A stretch of 64,000 nucleotides of DNA, taken from IMG/VR virus record IMGVR_UViG_3300028591_000086, positions 32,001-96,000 of that record; one strand, 5' to 3'. The notes beneath the pieces were generated by a model. That model did no database searches, had not been told where the DNA came from, and saw nothing but the letters and a program-made list of their open reading frames with translations. A program made the position numbers and the translations under genes. This document shows positions 16,918 to 26,491 of this stretch, piece after piece. How positions within the stretch are numbered: position 1 is the first letter of the stretch; each line of letters opens with the position of its first letter. This stretch comes from a virus. Its lineage: Duplodnaviria > Caudoviricetes.

Positions 16918-19234
16918 AATCTTCCGAAAATATATCTTCCATATAAGAATTAGTCATGTTGCCTGACCATTCGAGAATAGTATTCATTCTGTCAGATAAG
17001 TTAGGTTCCATAGATTCTAGACCAACGTTATATATAAAACATTCCGAGGTCTGACCTATACGGTGTATACGGTCTGCTAATTGTTCAAAATCGGCTTTTC
17101 TCCATGGAGGACCAAATATTATCTCAGTGTTAGCACATGTTATAGTAACACCAACACCCATAGTTTTATTTGTACCTATGAGTACTTCGCATTCTTCATC
17201 ATATATAAATTTATCTATTAAGAACTTACGATCTTTAGCATTACTACCAGTTATTTTAACATAACCTATATTATTGGTTTTACAATATTCTTCAAGTTTA
17301 TTAATTACTCCTAAACTATTTGAGAACATCGCTACTTTCTTTATAGAGTTATCGATAATATCAGTTATTTTATCCTGATTATCTTCGATAATTTTACAGA
17401 ACATTTCTTCTCGACGTTTTGGTAAAATCTCACCAATAGCTATACCCATAGCCTTTTGACGCATTCTAACAAAATCAGTTTCAAGTTTATTAAACTTCTT
17501 TAATTCTTCCTTGTCTTTGATATTTGGACGAATATACTTGTTTGCAAAATCATAAAACTGAGACATTTTATATTCGTTTACATATTTTCTTTTATCTTTA
17601 ACAATAGAATTCTTCAAGAAATTTAAATATTGCAGTTTTAAAATAGGATTAGCTCCTCTACAATATTTATTTACCATTTCTTCGAATGCAATAAATAGAT
17701 CTGCTGCGCTTTCTTTTAAACCTGCAAATATTTCATCAAATCTATCAGATATTTCTTTTTCAACTTGTTCTATATAATATCTAGTTTCATCACCTTTAAT
17801 CTTCCAATAAATATTTTCTTCGTGTTTAGGAGGAAGATTAAGTGTTTGAGCCTTAGTTTTTCTATATATGATAAGCTTAAATCTCTGATTAATTATATCT
17901 TGAGCCGATTCATTATTTATAGAGAATGCTGCTACATATTTCTTCGCAATTTCTTCTGTAAATAATGGGTCTATACACATCATAGCAGGTACGATTTCAC
18001 TAGGGTGAGCTTTTATAGGTGTACCCGACATAGGAAGTACGTCCAATATATTATTGTCTTTATCATATACCTTTTGTATAAGATTATACAAAACTATCCA
18101 TCTCTTGCCTGTTATATAACGGTAGTTTTGACATTCATCTATTACCAATAATGTTTTCTTATTTGCGTCTACGTATTTATCAATTTTATCGACACTTTCA
18201 TAATTAACAATTATTATCTTAGGATTTTTAGCAACATCGAATCTATTTTTATTAGAATCATTTTGAACATAAATATCAGTCAATTGTTTCTCTGGATTCT
18301 CTCTATAAGAAGATATTTTAGAGCAAATTTCCTCAGCCCAAATCAAAGTCAATGTATTTGGACAAACAACTATCAATTGCTCTTTTTCAAGTTGATAAGA
18401 TAAAGATATACTTGTTAAAGTTTTACCTAAACCTTGATCAAATGATAAAATAAATCCTCTTAAATTAAGAGATTTCTTTAATGAACGATATTTTCTTACA
18501 AATTCCTCTTGATGTTTCAATAATGGATTTTGTTTTAATTCGTTTTTCAACGTACTATTTAAAGGTTCTTCTTCTATCTTAGATTCTTCAAAATTTTTCA
18601 AATATGTTACGTTTACTATTCGCTGTGCCATCGCTGCGTACGATGACATATCGTATTCTTCAGCGAGCTGATTAAACAAGTTAACAACTTCCATTGCAAA
18701 GAATTCGTTGAAAGAAATGCTTTTAATCAACAATTCTTTCTTTCTCATTTCACCAGTTTTATATAGATGATTATCCCACCATCCATATTTAATATCGAAC
18801 ATTTTTGCTAATGGAGAATCTTTCTTTTTCTGTTTATCAGGATTTATTATAGTTGTTCCTGCTTCAGATTGAGAATACATTTCAGATAATCTTCTTAAGA
18901 GTGCTCTGGCATTAATGTGTTTAATTGTAACTACGTGATTCTTATTATATATTTTAAAATGCTTGTTATTTTTCCAGAAATTCTCTACATCATTACGTCG
19001 CATTCGTTTTACATGGTCTATGAATAAACTGATAGCTATACTTACTGTTGCACTTATTGCTGGTAGCATGTACATAGCAAATGTAGCTAATACTCCAGAT
19101 TCTCTAGATCTATTATTACATTCAGGTTGAATACCATACGATTCATAGTCAAACGATTTTTTATCGTTATCTATTTTATCTAGTATTTCTATTATTATAG
19201 GAGATTTTCCTTTTTCAGTTATTTTAAGTTTCAT
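16916..19234 (-). CDS. SNF2-family (SF2) helicase/ATPase with an N-terminal extension (probable start 19234)
   Basis: Motif I DQGLGKT, motif II DECQ, motif III SGTP, motif VI QLADRIHRIGQ. Late-type GACT-TATTAA-TG at 19265-19276. Confidence 0.88.
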   Translation of the reverse strand: MKLKITEKGKSPIIIEILDKIDNDKKSFDYESYGIQPECNNRSRESGVLATFAMYMLPAISATVSIAISLFIDHVKRMRRNDVENFWKNNKHFKIYNKNHVVTIKHINARALLRRLSEMYSQSEAGTTIINPDKQKKKDSPLAKMFDIKYGWWDNHLYKTGEMRKKELLIKSISFNEFFAMEVVNLFNQLAEEYDMSSYAAMAQRIVNVTYLKNFEESKIEEEPLNSTLKNELKQNPLLKHQEEFVRKYRSLKKSLNLRGFILSFDQGLGKTLTSISLSYQLEKEQLIVVCPNTLTLIWAEEICSKISSYRENPEKQLTDIYVQNDSNKNRFDVAKNPKIIIVNYESVDKIDKYVDANKKTLLVIDECQNYRYITGKRWIVLYNLIQKVYDKDNNILDVLPMSGTPIKAHPSEIVPAMMCIDPLFTEEIAKKYVAAFSINNESAQDIINQRFKLIIYRKTKAQTLNLPPKHEENIYWKIKGDETRYYIEQVEKEISDRFDEIFAGLKESAADLFIAFEEMVNKYCRGANPILKLQYLNFLKNSIVKDKRKYVNEYKMSQFYDFANKYIRPNIKDKEELKKFNKLETDFVRMRQKAMGIAIGEILPKRREEMFCKIIEDNQDKITDIIDNSIKKVAMFSNSLGVINKLEEYCKTNNIGYVKITGSNAKDRKFLIDKFIYDEECEVLIGTNKTMGVGVTITCANTEIIFGPPWRKADFEQLADRIHRIGQTSECFIYNVGLESMEPNLSDRMNTILEWSGNMTNSYMEDIFSED

Positions 19235-19383
19235 ATTTTTCACCACAATATATTAAATTTAATTCATTAATAAGTCGATTTTAATCAACGATAATATGTA
19301 CTCTAAAATTAAAAAAGAATCTGACTCCTAGTAATTATTATTATTTATATATTATAATGATGAAATACAAATGGAGACATTTT

Positions 19384-20916
19384 ATGGATAATGAAATATT
19401 TATAGATAAAAATAGCTTAGATAAACTAAACTCTCTACACGGTAACGGTAAATACGTAATAAAATACATTTGCGTTATTTGTGGTAAAGAAGTTAAACGA
19501 AATTACTATCCAGGTAAAAAATCTTCGTACATTAAATTAAGATGTGAAAAATGTGTTAAAACTAAAGTCGATCATGGAATCGGTTACAGTAAAAATAATC
19601 CGTTTATTATAACTGAATATAATAACAACATTTTTCAAGAATTTATGAATAAAAAAAGAAATCGTGTTTGGATTAAATATAACTGCTCTAAATGCGGTAA
19701 AGAAGTCATTACTGAATTTACTTATTGGGATTATATAAGATCAGATAAATTACAACAAACAATGTCTAAATTCCAATGTAGAGAATGCAATTGCAAAGAT
19801 ACTAAAGAAATGATTCGAAATCATTCTAACATAACATACAATAATAGTTTTGAATATACCGATGATGGATATAAAATAATAAATACAATAGATGATATAA
19901 AAAAGATAAATAATAATTGTGAAAAAATAGTTTTTCATTGTTCTGAACCAAAATGTATATATCACTATGAATGGTTTAAGATGAATTGTGCTAAGAAAGA
20001 CAGATTAGATAAATATATAAAATACGGTAAATTACTTTGTCCTAAACACAGATTTGAAAAATCTTATCCAACTAAAGAAGCAAATATAAATAGAAAAAAC
20101 ACGTTTATAAATAATTGGGGTACATCTCATTTCATGAAAAACAGAGAATTCAGAATCAAATATTATAATAATTTGATGAAAAAATACGGTTCCCGTTCTA
20201 CACTGATTTCTCCCGATGTAATAAAAAAACGAAATAAAACAATGTTAGATAGATATGGTACAATATACCCTTTACAAAATAAAAATTTATTAGATAAAAG
20301 TAGAAAAAATGCAATAAAAACAATGTATGATAAATATGGTACATTACATGTTGGTTATAAATATAATTATTATGGTATATATTTTGATTCTTCTTGGGAA
20401 TTAGCAGTATGGATATATTGTATAGATAATAATATTTCTATAATAAGAAATCCATGTACTTTTAATTATACTGATTCTAAAGGTAATATAAGAAGTTATA
20501 TTCCAGATTTTATGATAAATGGACAGTTAGTAGAAGTTAAAGGTGATCATTATTTTAAACCTGATGGAACAATGGTATTTCCATATAATAAATTACATCA
20601 TAATTCTAAAGAATTTACTCTCGAAGAAAAAGAATTCATGGATGATCTTTATGAAAGAAAACACCAATGTGGATTATCTAATAATGTATTATTCTTAACT
20701 AATAAAGATATATTACCTTATATTAATTATTGTAATAATAAATATCCTAATTGGAATATATTATTTAGAAAAGATAATATATTTAATCCATCATATTATA
20801 TTTATACTATACCTTTATATAATAATAATGGAATAACTCCATATGATATTAAAAAGAATGATAAATATATAGATATAAAAAGTAAAGGTATAACACCATT
20901 TGATATCGAAAAATAA
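19384..20916 (+). CDS. Free-standing putative homing endonuclease: zinc-finger repeats plus a C-terminal PD-(D/E)xK domain
   Basis: Several CxxC pairs, K-Y-G repeats, FDSSWE...YIPDF...VEVKG. GGAG RBS before 19384 and TATATTAT at 19348-19355. Confidence 0.75.
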   Translation: MDNEIFIDKNSLDKLNSLHGNGKYVIKYICVICGKEVKRNYYPGKKSSYIKLRCEKCVKTKVDHGIGYSKNNPFIITEYNNNIFQEFMNKKRNRVWIKYNCSKCGKEVITEFTYWDYIRSDKLQQTMSKFQCRECNCKDTKEMIRNHSNITYNNSFEYTDDGYKIINTIDDIKKINNNCEKIVFHCSEPKCIYHYEWFKMNCAKKDRLDKYIKYGKLLCPKHRFEKSYPTKEANINRKNTFINNWGTSHFMKNREFRIKYYNNLMKKYGSRSTLISPDVIKKRNKTMLDRYGTIYPLQNKNLLDKSRKNAIKTMYDKYGTLHVGYKYNYYGIYFDSSWELAVWIYCIDNNISIIRNPCTFNYTDSKGNIRSYIPDFMINGQLVEVKGDHYFKPDGTMVFPYNKLHHNSKEFTLEEKEFMDDLYERKHQCGLSNNVLFLTNKDILPYINYCNNKYPNWNILFRKDNIFNPSYYIYTIPLYNNNGITPYDIKKNDKYIDIKSKGITPFDIEK

Positions 20917-20947
20917 AAGAACTCCCCAAACGGGGAGTTCTTTTTTA
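20915..20947. terminator. Bidirectional terminator after the capsid gene
   Basis: AAAAGAACTCCCC-AAAC-GGGGAGTTCTTTT. Confidence 0.85.
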
Positions 20948-20976
20948 TTTATCAGTCTATTGTATCTTTATTTAGC

Positions 20977-22884
20977 TTACTCAGCTTCAATAGTGAGTTT
21001 GCTTGTTCCCTCCGGGAAAGAGAGAGCTTGAGATTTGTTATTCTCAACCATATTTCTGTACCAGTTATCATCATTATCACTAAATGTGATACGTGTCTGA
21101 ACACCAGAGAGAATATTGATAGAGTCACGACAAGAAATGATAAGACCCGTTCTGTTACCATATTCAGGAGAAATACCTGAGTATACACGGAATGAGTATG
21201 GTAAGTAAACAGTTGTTGGCTGTTCAAGACTTAATGACTTGAGAACACCGCGCATTGGAACGCGTTTACCTGTTTTCTTGTTAATATAGTGGCGGTTGTA
21301 TGTAGAACCGATTACACGTACGTGACGATCTTCAGAATCTACGAAACCAGCACGACCATTAATACCGAATCCGTATTTTTCAGATTTACCACCAACTCCA
21401 CCTTCAGATCCATCCCAGTTAGTATATGTTACGTCTGGGATAAGGTTTGTATCCTGTTCGTAACCTAAGAGATACCACTGACGTTGAGTGTCGTCTTCGA
21501 AGTATGTTGTACGTTCTGAACCAAGCAAGTGATTGATGATAGAGAACTTAACACCAGTTTTCATCCAAGCGAGTGGGTCATTACCACCAGCAAGACGAGC
21601 AGTTACAGGGAAGTCGAAAGCGTTCTTCCAACCACCAAGCATAGGATAAAGCTTGAACTGTTCAATTGGCTTGTTGTATGCCTTATCGAGTTTCTCTTCG
21701 AATACACAGTCACGCATATTAGCGAGAGCAGAAGTTGATTTATCTGTCCAGTAAGCAACAGCAGATACACCTTCACCAGCGATATTGAAGTCATCGCTTG
21801 TTTCAGGAGCAACTGGAACAGTTGCATATGGGTGATTATCAACAGCGAAGCTTTCTACGATTTTCTTTGAACCAGAACGAATTGAACCAAGTTCATTTGC
21901 AACGTTTGTTAAACGTGTATCGAGCTGGATGTGAGTGATTGCGCCAACTGGTGAGAATGAGTAGTCACCTGAGTCGAGGTCAATCTGTCCGTAGATTTCA
22001 GCATGAGCTGAAGCAGCACCGTTGTTATAAGGAATATCAACAGCATTGTGGAAGTGCTTAATCTGCTGTTCACCGAATCCGTCATAGCGGTCGAAGTAAA
22101 CAGGTACCATTCCTGTGAATGGAGCATTTTCGTCTTCTGGGTTTGGAATAGAATAGATAATACCAGAAATCATAGGGTTCTTTTCAAGAGTGAACTTTGT
22201 TCTATCATATCCGTTATTAGCATCTGTGAAAAGGTTACCAGTAACACCACCAGTTACCTTAATCCAAACTTTTGAACCACCGTTTGTTGATTCGAGTTCA
22301 TCGAATTTTTCAAGGTTTGGCATTTTGCCAAGGAAAGTATCGTTGTCAAATGGCAAAAGCTGTGGAAGATCATACATAAATGCAAGATCACCATCGCGAT
22401 CAGCCATAGGGCGATAATACTGTTTTGTATCATTTCCCTTAACAGTATAGTTAAGAGTATATTCAAATTCTACAGTAGGATCATCGCTTGTGAAAGTATG
22501 GAACATTTCCATTGCCTTAGAACGAGCAGTATAACCTACGATTACCCAGCTGTTAAGCTTTGCTAAAGAGTTGTAGTTAGCATTGTTTGCGAGAGCATCA
22601 GCTGCTTCGTGAGAACGGAAGTTATCACGAACATCTTTCATTGTGTGACGTGCAACGTCCTTAACAAGCTGACGTGTCTGTTCATCATTTTCAACAAGAG
22701 AAGATACTAAATCATTATATTGCTCTCTGCTTGATTCATTTGCCATGATTGCACGGAATCCATCTTCAGATGTAATATCTGCGTGATTGCGGCTATTGAA
22801 TGTAACCATTGCCTCATCAAGCTTATCATGCCAACCAGCAGGAGTTAATGTCTTTTCGTACTGTTTGCTATGAATAATTTTCAT
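20977..22884 (-). CDS. Probable major capsid protein
   Basis: 635 aa, with a strong GGAGG RBS and clearly higher GC and codon bias than its neighbours (high expression). Helical N-terminal segment ending in S-H-E, typical of a cleaved propeptide. Last gene of a late operon. Confidence 0.7.
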   Translation of the reverse strand: MKIIHSKQYEKTLTPAGWHDKLDEAMVTFNSRNHADITSEDGFRAIMANESSREQYNDLVSSLVENDEQTRQLVKDVARHTMKDVRDNFRSHEAADALANNANYNSLAKLNSWVIVGYTARSKAMEMFHTFTSDDPTVEFEYTLNYTVKGNDTKQYYRPMADRDGDLAFMYDLPQLLPFDNDTFLGKMPNLEKFDELESTNGGSKVWIKVTGGVTGNLFTDANNGYDRTKFTLEKNPMISGIIYSIPNPEDENAPFTGMVPVYFDRYDGFGEQQIKHFHNAVDIPYNNGAASAHAEIYGQIDLDSGDYSFSPVGAITHIQLDTRLTNVANELGSIRSGSKKIVESFAVDNHPYATVPVAPETSDDFNIAGEGVSAVAYWTDKSTSALANMRDCVFEEKLDKAYNKPIEQFKLYPMLGGWKNAFDFPVTARLAGGNDPLAWMKTGVKFSIINHLLGSERTTYFEDDTQRQWYLLGYEQDTNLIPDVTYTNWDGSEGGVGGKSEKYGFGINGRAGFVDSEDRHVRVIGSTYNRHYINKKTGKRVPMRGVLKSLSLEQPTTVYLPYSFRVYSGISPEYGNRTGLIISCRDSINILSGVQTRITFSDNDDNWYRNMVENNKSQALSFPEGTSKLTIEAE

Positions 22885-22940
22885 TATTCTTCCTCCATGG
22901 AGAATTCATCTTTTCCACACAGATGAGAAATATTAAAAAT

Positions 22941-23552
22941 TTATTTATTTTGAACTTGCAGATCTTTTATTAACATTTCGCTAATAGAAGTATATGTCAT
23001 AACTGCTAACTTATACTTATAAACAGTATTCTCAACAGGAACCATATATACAGTTTCACGAATGTTCCGAATTGAATCTAATAAATTCTCTAACTCAGAC
23101 ACGACGACAGTGTCTACTTTAGGATATGCATAAATTCTTTGCAATGTGTCGGAAACTGCTGATTGTAATTCTGCAAGTTTTGTATCCAATAAAGATTTAC
23201 TATTGCTATCTTTAAAAGGGTTTTTAATAGGATTATCATTTACATCAGTTTGTGTCGAATCACCATTCGTATCAGTATTTTCATCAGTTTGGTTTTCTTC
23301 TCCACTATCGGATGTTGATAAACTATCATCACCTAAATCCATTCCACCAGAACTAGCATCAGGATTCAGGTTTAAATTCATATCATTATTTTGTTCATTG
23401 GAATCGTCACTTTTCTCTTCATCCGAAGAATTAGCTCCACCAGCAAGTGGAGCATCTTCTTGGTCAGCTAAAAGCTCTCCATCTTCTTTAGAATATATTC
23501 CTAACTTATCAAACGACTTCCAAAATTCATTATTGAAGAATCCTTTAGCCAT
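22941..23552 (-). CDS. Acidic low-complexity head protein (scaffold-like)
   Basis: D/N/S/E-rich disordered N-half and helical C-half. Immediately upstream of the capsid gene. Confidence 0.55.
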   Translation of the reverse strand: MAKGFFNNEFWKSFDKLGIYSKEDGELLADQEDAPLAGGANSSDEEKSDDSNEQNNDMNLNLNPDASSGGMDLGDDSLSTSDSGEENQTDENTDTNGDSTQTDVNDNPIKNPFKDSNSKSLLDTKLAELQSAVSDTLQRIYAYPKVDTVVVSELENLLDSIRNIRETVYMVPVENTVYKYKLAVMTYTSISEMLIKDLQVQNK

Positions 23553-23566
23553 AAAAATCTCCTAAT

Positions 23567-25648
23567 TTAAATTTTAGAAAAATCTACAGCATGTTTTAAA
23601 GGCGCAGCTATTGATTTTGCTACAATTCGTTCAATGTTATAACTTCCTAAAGAATTTTCAGCATTTCCAAAATCAAAATAATTTCCAATATTGAAACGTC
23701 TAAATATAGTATCCAGTACAAAATATATAGTGGCATATATTGCTACCGCATAAATCTCAGGATTCGATTCACTTTCAGATCTAACGTCATATGCCATATC
23801 TATAGCATTATCTATATATTCATTACCTGTATATTTTTCAAGACTACCACCAAGTTTAGTGATAACGTATTTAGGCATTTCTTTATGCTCATAATGTTTA
23901 ACTATATCACTAAATGTATCTTTTCCATAGAAAGCACATTGTGTTATAGTTTTACCATTTTTAGTTGCACATAATTTGATAAACGTATCTTTATCAATCA
24001 TCGGATAATGTCTATTGAATCTATCGATATTCTTGTCTTCTGTTATGAACAAAATTTGTTCATATTTATAATGCTCATACATAGCAGTATCACTTTCAAT
24101 GATATTACCAATACCATATCTAACAAATTCAATATAGAACTTCAAAACATCGTCTACTTCGAGTTGAAGTTCTTTCAATGTTGAAAGCACACCTTCACGA
24201 CCCATACAATAATTTGGACGATTTGGTTGTATATAGAACTTACCAGAACTAAACCATGTATGATATAGTTTAAGAATGATAAGGTCTAAAATATCTATTG
24301 CTCCATTAATTTCGTTATGAGCTTTCTTGTTTCTCTGTGTAGATCTAGCATTAAGAATTCGGAATGCACTAGCCATTAAAACTAATTGTAAAATAAATCC
24401 CGACTCAACTTTAGAGAATTGATCTGTATCCTCTACACCACTAACAAGATTTCTTACTTCACCAAATGCTCTATCAATATCTTCATTTGAATATTGTGAT
24501 TTCATACATGATTCAAGATAGGTCTTAATACCAGGAAGTACAAACTCTTTTGAACTAAGTTTCTTTTCTTCTGTTTCCGATTCAAGATTATAACTTCTGA
24601 GATAAGTTAAACCGAAACTGAAAATATTAGGATTATCTTTGTTGATTATATTTGCTGAACGGAAATACATTACGTCCAACAAAGGATCGCATTTATCTGT
24701 GAATGATTCGATAGAAATACCTGCAGCAAAAGAAGTATCCATAAAATCAGGATCTAAAACAGATTTAATCTGTTCAGCTGTTTCAGTTGTACTTGACATC
24801 AGTTTAGAAACGAATGTTTCAGAAATATCATACATTGTTCCTATTAAACTGTCCATACCTTTAAGACCAGATGTTCTATTATAGAACTGAGTCATTCTAT
24901 AGAACACGTACACCAAAGATATGATATGTTTCTTTTCTTCATTGCCTAAGAATGCTTCTCTGAGAATACGTTCGTATAATGTCAATGAAGAATTAGATTT
25001 AGGATTCTTCATAAATGAGAATAAATCTAAATCTTTGTTAGACAACTGAGAAAAAAGAATAAATATTCCATATAAAGTAAACATCAAACCAATATATGCA
25101 CAGTAGAAAATACACATATTACACATATCATCAGACATTTTACTTTTAGCAATATTCTCTTTATTCTCTTTAATGATCTCAGATGCTTTGAGATATTGCA
25201 TATCGAATGGAAGATATGAAGATTGATCAATTGCTTCTTTTTTGAAATTGTTTATTACTTCAAGAAGTTTATCGTCCAAATTAATGAGTTGATTATAATA
25301 GTTTCCTAAATAAGGTGCAACACCATTTGAATCTATAGAAACACTATTCCAATCTGCTCTAGTTAAACAAACCATAAGATTTGCTAAAATAGTTCTACCA
25401 TATTCATAGAAGAATTTACCATAATCTTCACTTGTATATACTGAGATATCATGTGTAGGAAGTTCTTCTACGTATTTATAATTCAATTCACCAAAGTTAA
25501 TAGTATAATCTTGGATTTCATCTGCCAAAGTTATACTATCGATTCCTCTAGCTTTAAAAACAGGTCTACCTGCTCCTTTACAGCCGAGAGCAATCTGTGT
25601 GGCAAATTTATATGAAAGAAACGGGTTATTTGCATCAATTGTTTGCAT
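23567..25648 (-). CDS. Hypothetical virion/head protein (693 aa)
   Basis: First gene of the capsid operon, with an AGGAG RBS and a late promoter upstream. Confidence 0.6.
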   Translation of the reverse strand: MQTIDANNPFLSYKFATQIALGCKGAGRPVFKARGIDSITLADEIQDYTINFGELNYKYVEELPTHDISVYTSEDYGKFFYEYGRTILANLMVCLTRADWNSVSIDSNGVAPYLGNYYNQLINLDDKLLEVINNFKKEAIDQSSYLPFDMQYLKASEIIKENKENIAKSKMSDDMCNMCIFYCAYIGLMFTLYGIFILFSQLSNKDLDLFSFMKNPKSNSSLTLYERILREAFLGNEEKKHIISLVYVFYRMTQFYNRTSGLKGMDSLIGTMYDISETFVSKLMSSTTETAEQIKSVLDPDFMDTSFAAGISIESFTDKCDPLLDVMYFRSANIINKDNPNIFSFGLTYLRSYNLESETEEKKLSSKEFVLPGIKTYLESCMKSQYSNEDIDRAFGEVRNLVSGVEDTDQFSKVESGFILQLVLMASAFRILNARSTQRNKKAHNEINGAIDILDLIILKLYHTWFSSGKFYIQPNRPNYCMGREGVLSTLKELQLEVDDVLKFYIEFVRYGIGNIIESDTAMYEHYKYEQILFITEDKNIDRFNRHYPMIDKDTFIKLCATKNGKTITQCAFYGKDTFSDIVKHYEHKEMPKYVITKLGGSLEKYTGNEYIDNAIDMAYDVRSESESNPEIYAVAIYATIYFVLDTIFRRFNIGNYFDFGNAENSLGSYNIERIVAKSIAAPLKHAVDFSKI

Positions 25649-25676
25649 GTCTCGCTCCTAGATTTAAAAATAATTT

Positions 25677-25688
25677 CATTAAAATGTT
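25677..25688 (-). promoter_or_regulatory. Late promoter for the capsid operon
   Basis: AACA-TTTTAA-TG. Confidence 0.7.
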
Positions 25689-25716
25689 AAAATTTTAAAT
25701 AAACATTTTATTCACG

Positions 25717-25817
25717 TTTATATTATATTTATGACATAGTGTAGAAAAAAACTCTATGGGGTGTATAAATAAAGGCCTTACGATAGATAGTAATTCTATA
25801 CGAACAATAAAAGCTTA
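25717..25817 (+). ncRNA. Early promoter plus conserved structured leader RNA, copy 2
   Basis: TATATTAT at 25719-25726. Homologous to 7765-7859 with covarying stems. Confidence 0.7.
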
Positions 25818-25828
25818 GAGGTATTATT

Positions 25829-26350
25829 ATGGAAGAAGAAAAGAAAACAACAACACAACCACAGAAATTGGAATTTAAGTTTGAAGGTGAGAAAGCTGAG
25901 AAAACATTCTCAACTTTAATCACATACCTTAGTTCTAATAGTAAAAATTGGAACAGTGACAGTATTTCAAATGTTATAAATACACATAATAAATATGTGC
26001 AAGACATCCAAACTAAAGTTGACAAATGGGTTAATGAGCATGAAAATGATGGAAAATGGTACATTCCAGAAATCAATGTTATTCCAGACGTTTCAACAAA
26101 AATGACTACATATACTGTAACTGGTGGTATGAGAAAAGTATTTGCAAAAATGCTAAAACTTGAAACATCTGTTGTAACTAGTGCATCAACTGGTCCAGGT
26201 GAACTGATTGACTTGGATAGTATTTTTGTAAAACCAGCAAAAGGTGTTATGCGCATACGCATTAAATATGATGTGTCACACGGTGACCTTTATAAAATGT
26301 CTACAGAATTGAAAAAAGAATTAACTATCAAAGTTGATGGTAAATATTGA
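25829..26350 (+). CDS. Early hypothetical protein (173 aa)
   Basis: GAGGT RBS, with its own promoter, leader and 3' hairpin. Confidence 0.8.
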   Translation: MEEEKKTTTQPQKLEFKFEGEKAEKTFSTLITYLSSNSKNWNSDSISNVINTHNKYVQDIQTKVDKWVNEHENDGKWYIPEINVIPDVSTKMTTYTVTGGMRKVFAKMLKLETSVVTSASTGPGELIDLDSIFVKPAKGVMRIRIKYDVSHGDLYKMSTELKKELTIKVDGKY

Positions 26351-26403
26351 TTTCGATTGTCTTACTAAATTGAATCTTGAAGATGTCGATGCTGCATAAT
26401 ATA

Positions 26404-26448
26404 AACCCGAAAGCACGAAAATGTGAGTAGGGTTATTTTTTATTTTTT
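26404..26448 (+). terminator. Terminator-like hairpin with an internal GAA/AGUA loop
   Basis: AACCC-GAA-AG-CAC-GAAAAT-GTG-AGTA-GGGTT followed by T-tracts. Confidence 0.6.
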
Positions 26449-26491
26449 AACTTGATAATGATAACTATAAAAAATCGAGGTTTTATTATAT

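Noticed and set aside
25729-26262. 177-aa antisense ORF and similar shadow ORFs (3684-4061, 23146-23565, 43232-43672, 44678-45241, and those inside the giant genes)
   Set aside because: They overlap better-supported genes on the opposite strand or frame, and lack an RBS and recognisable motifs.
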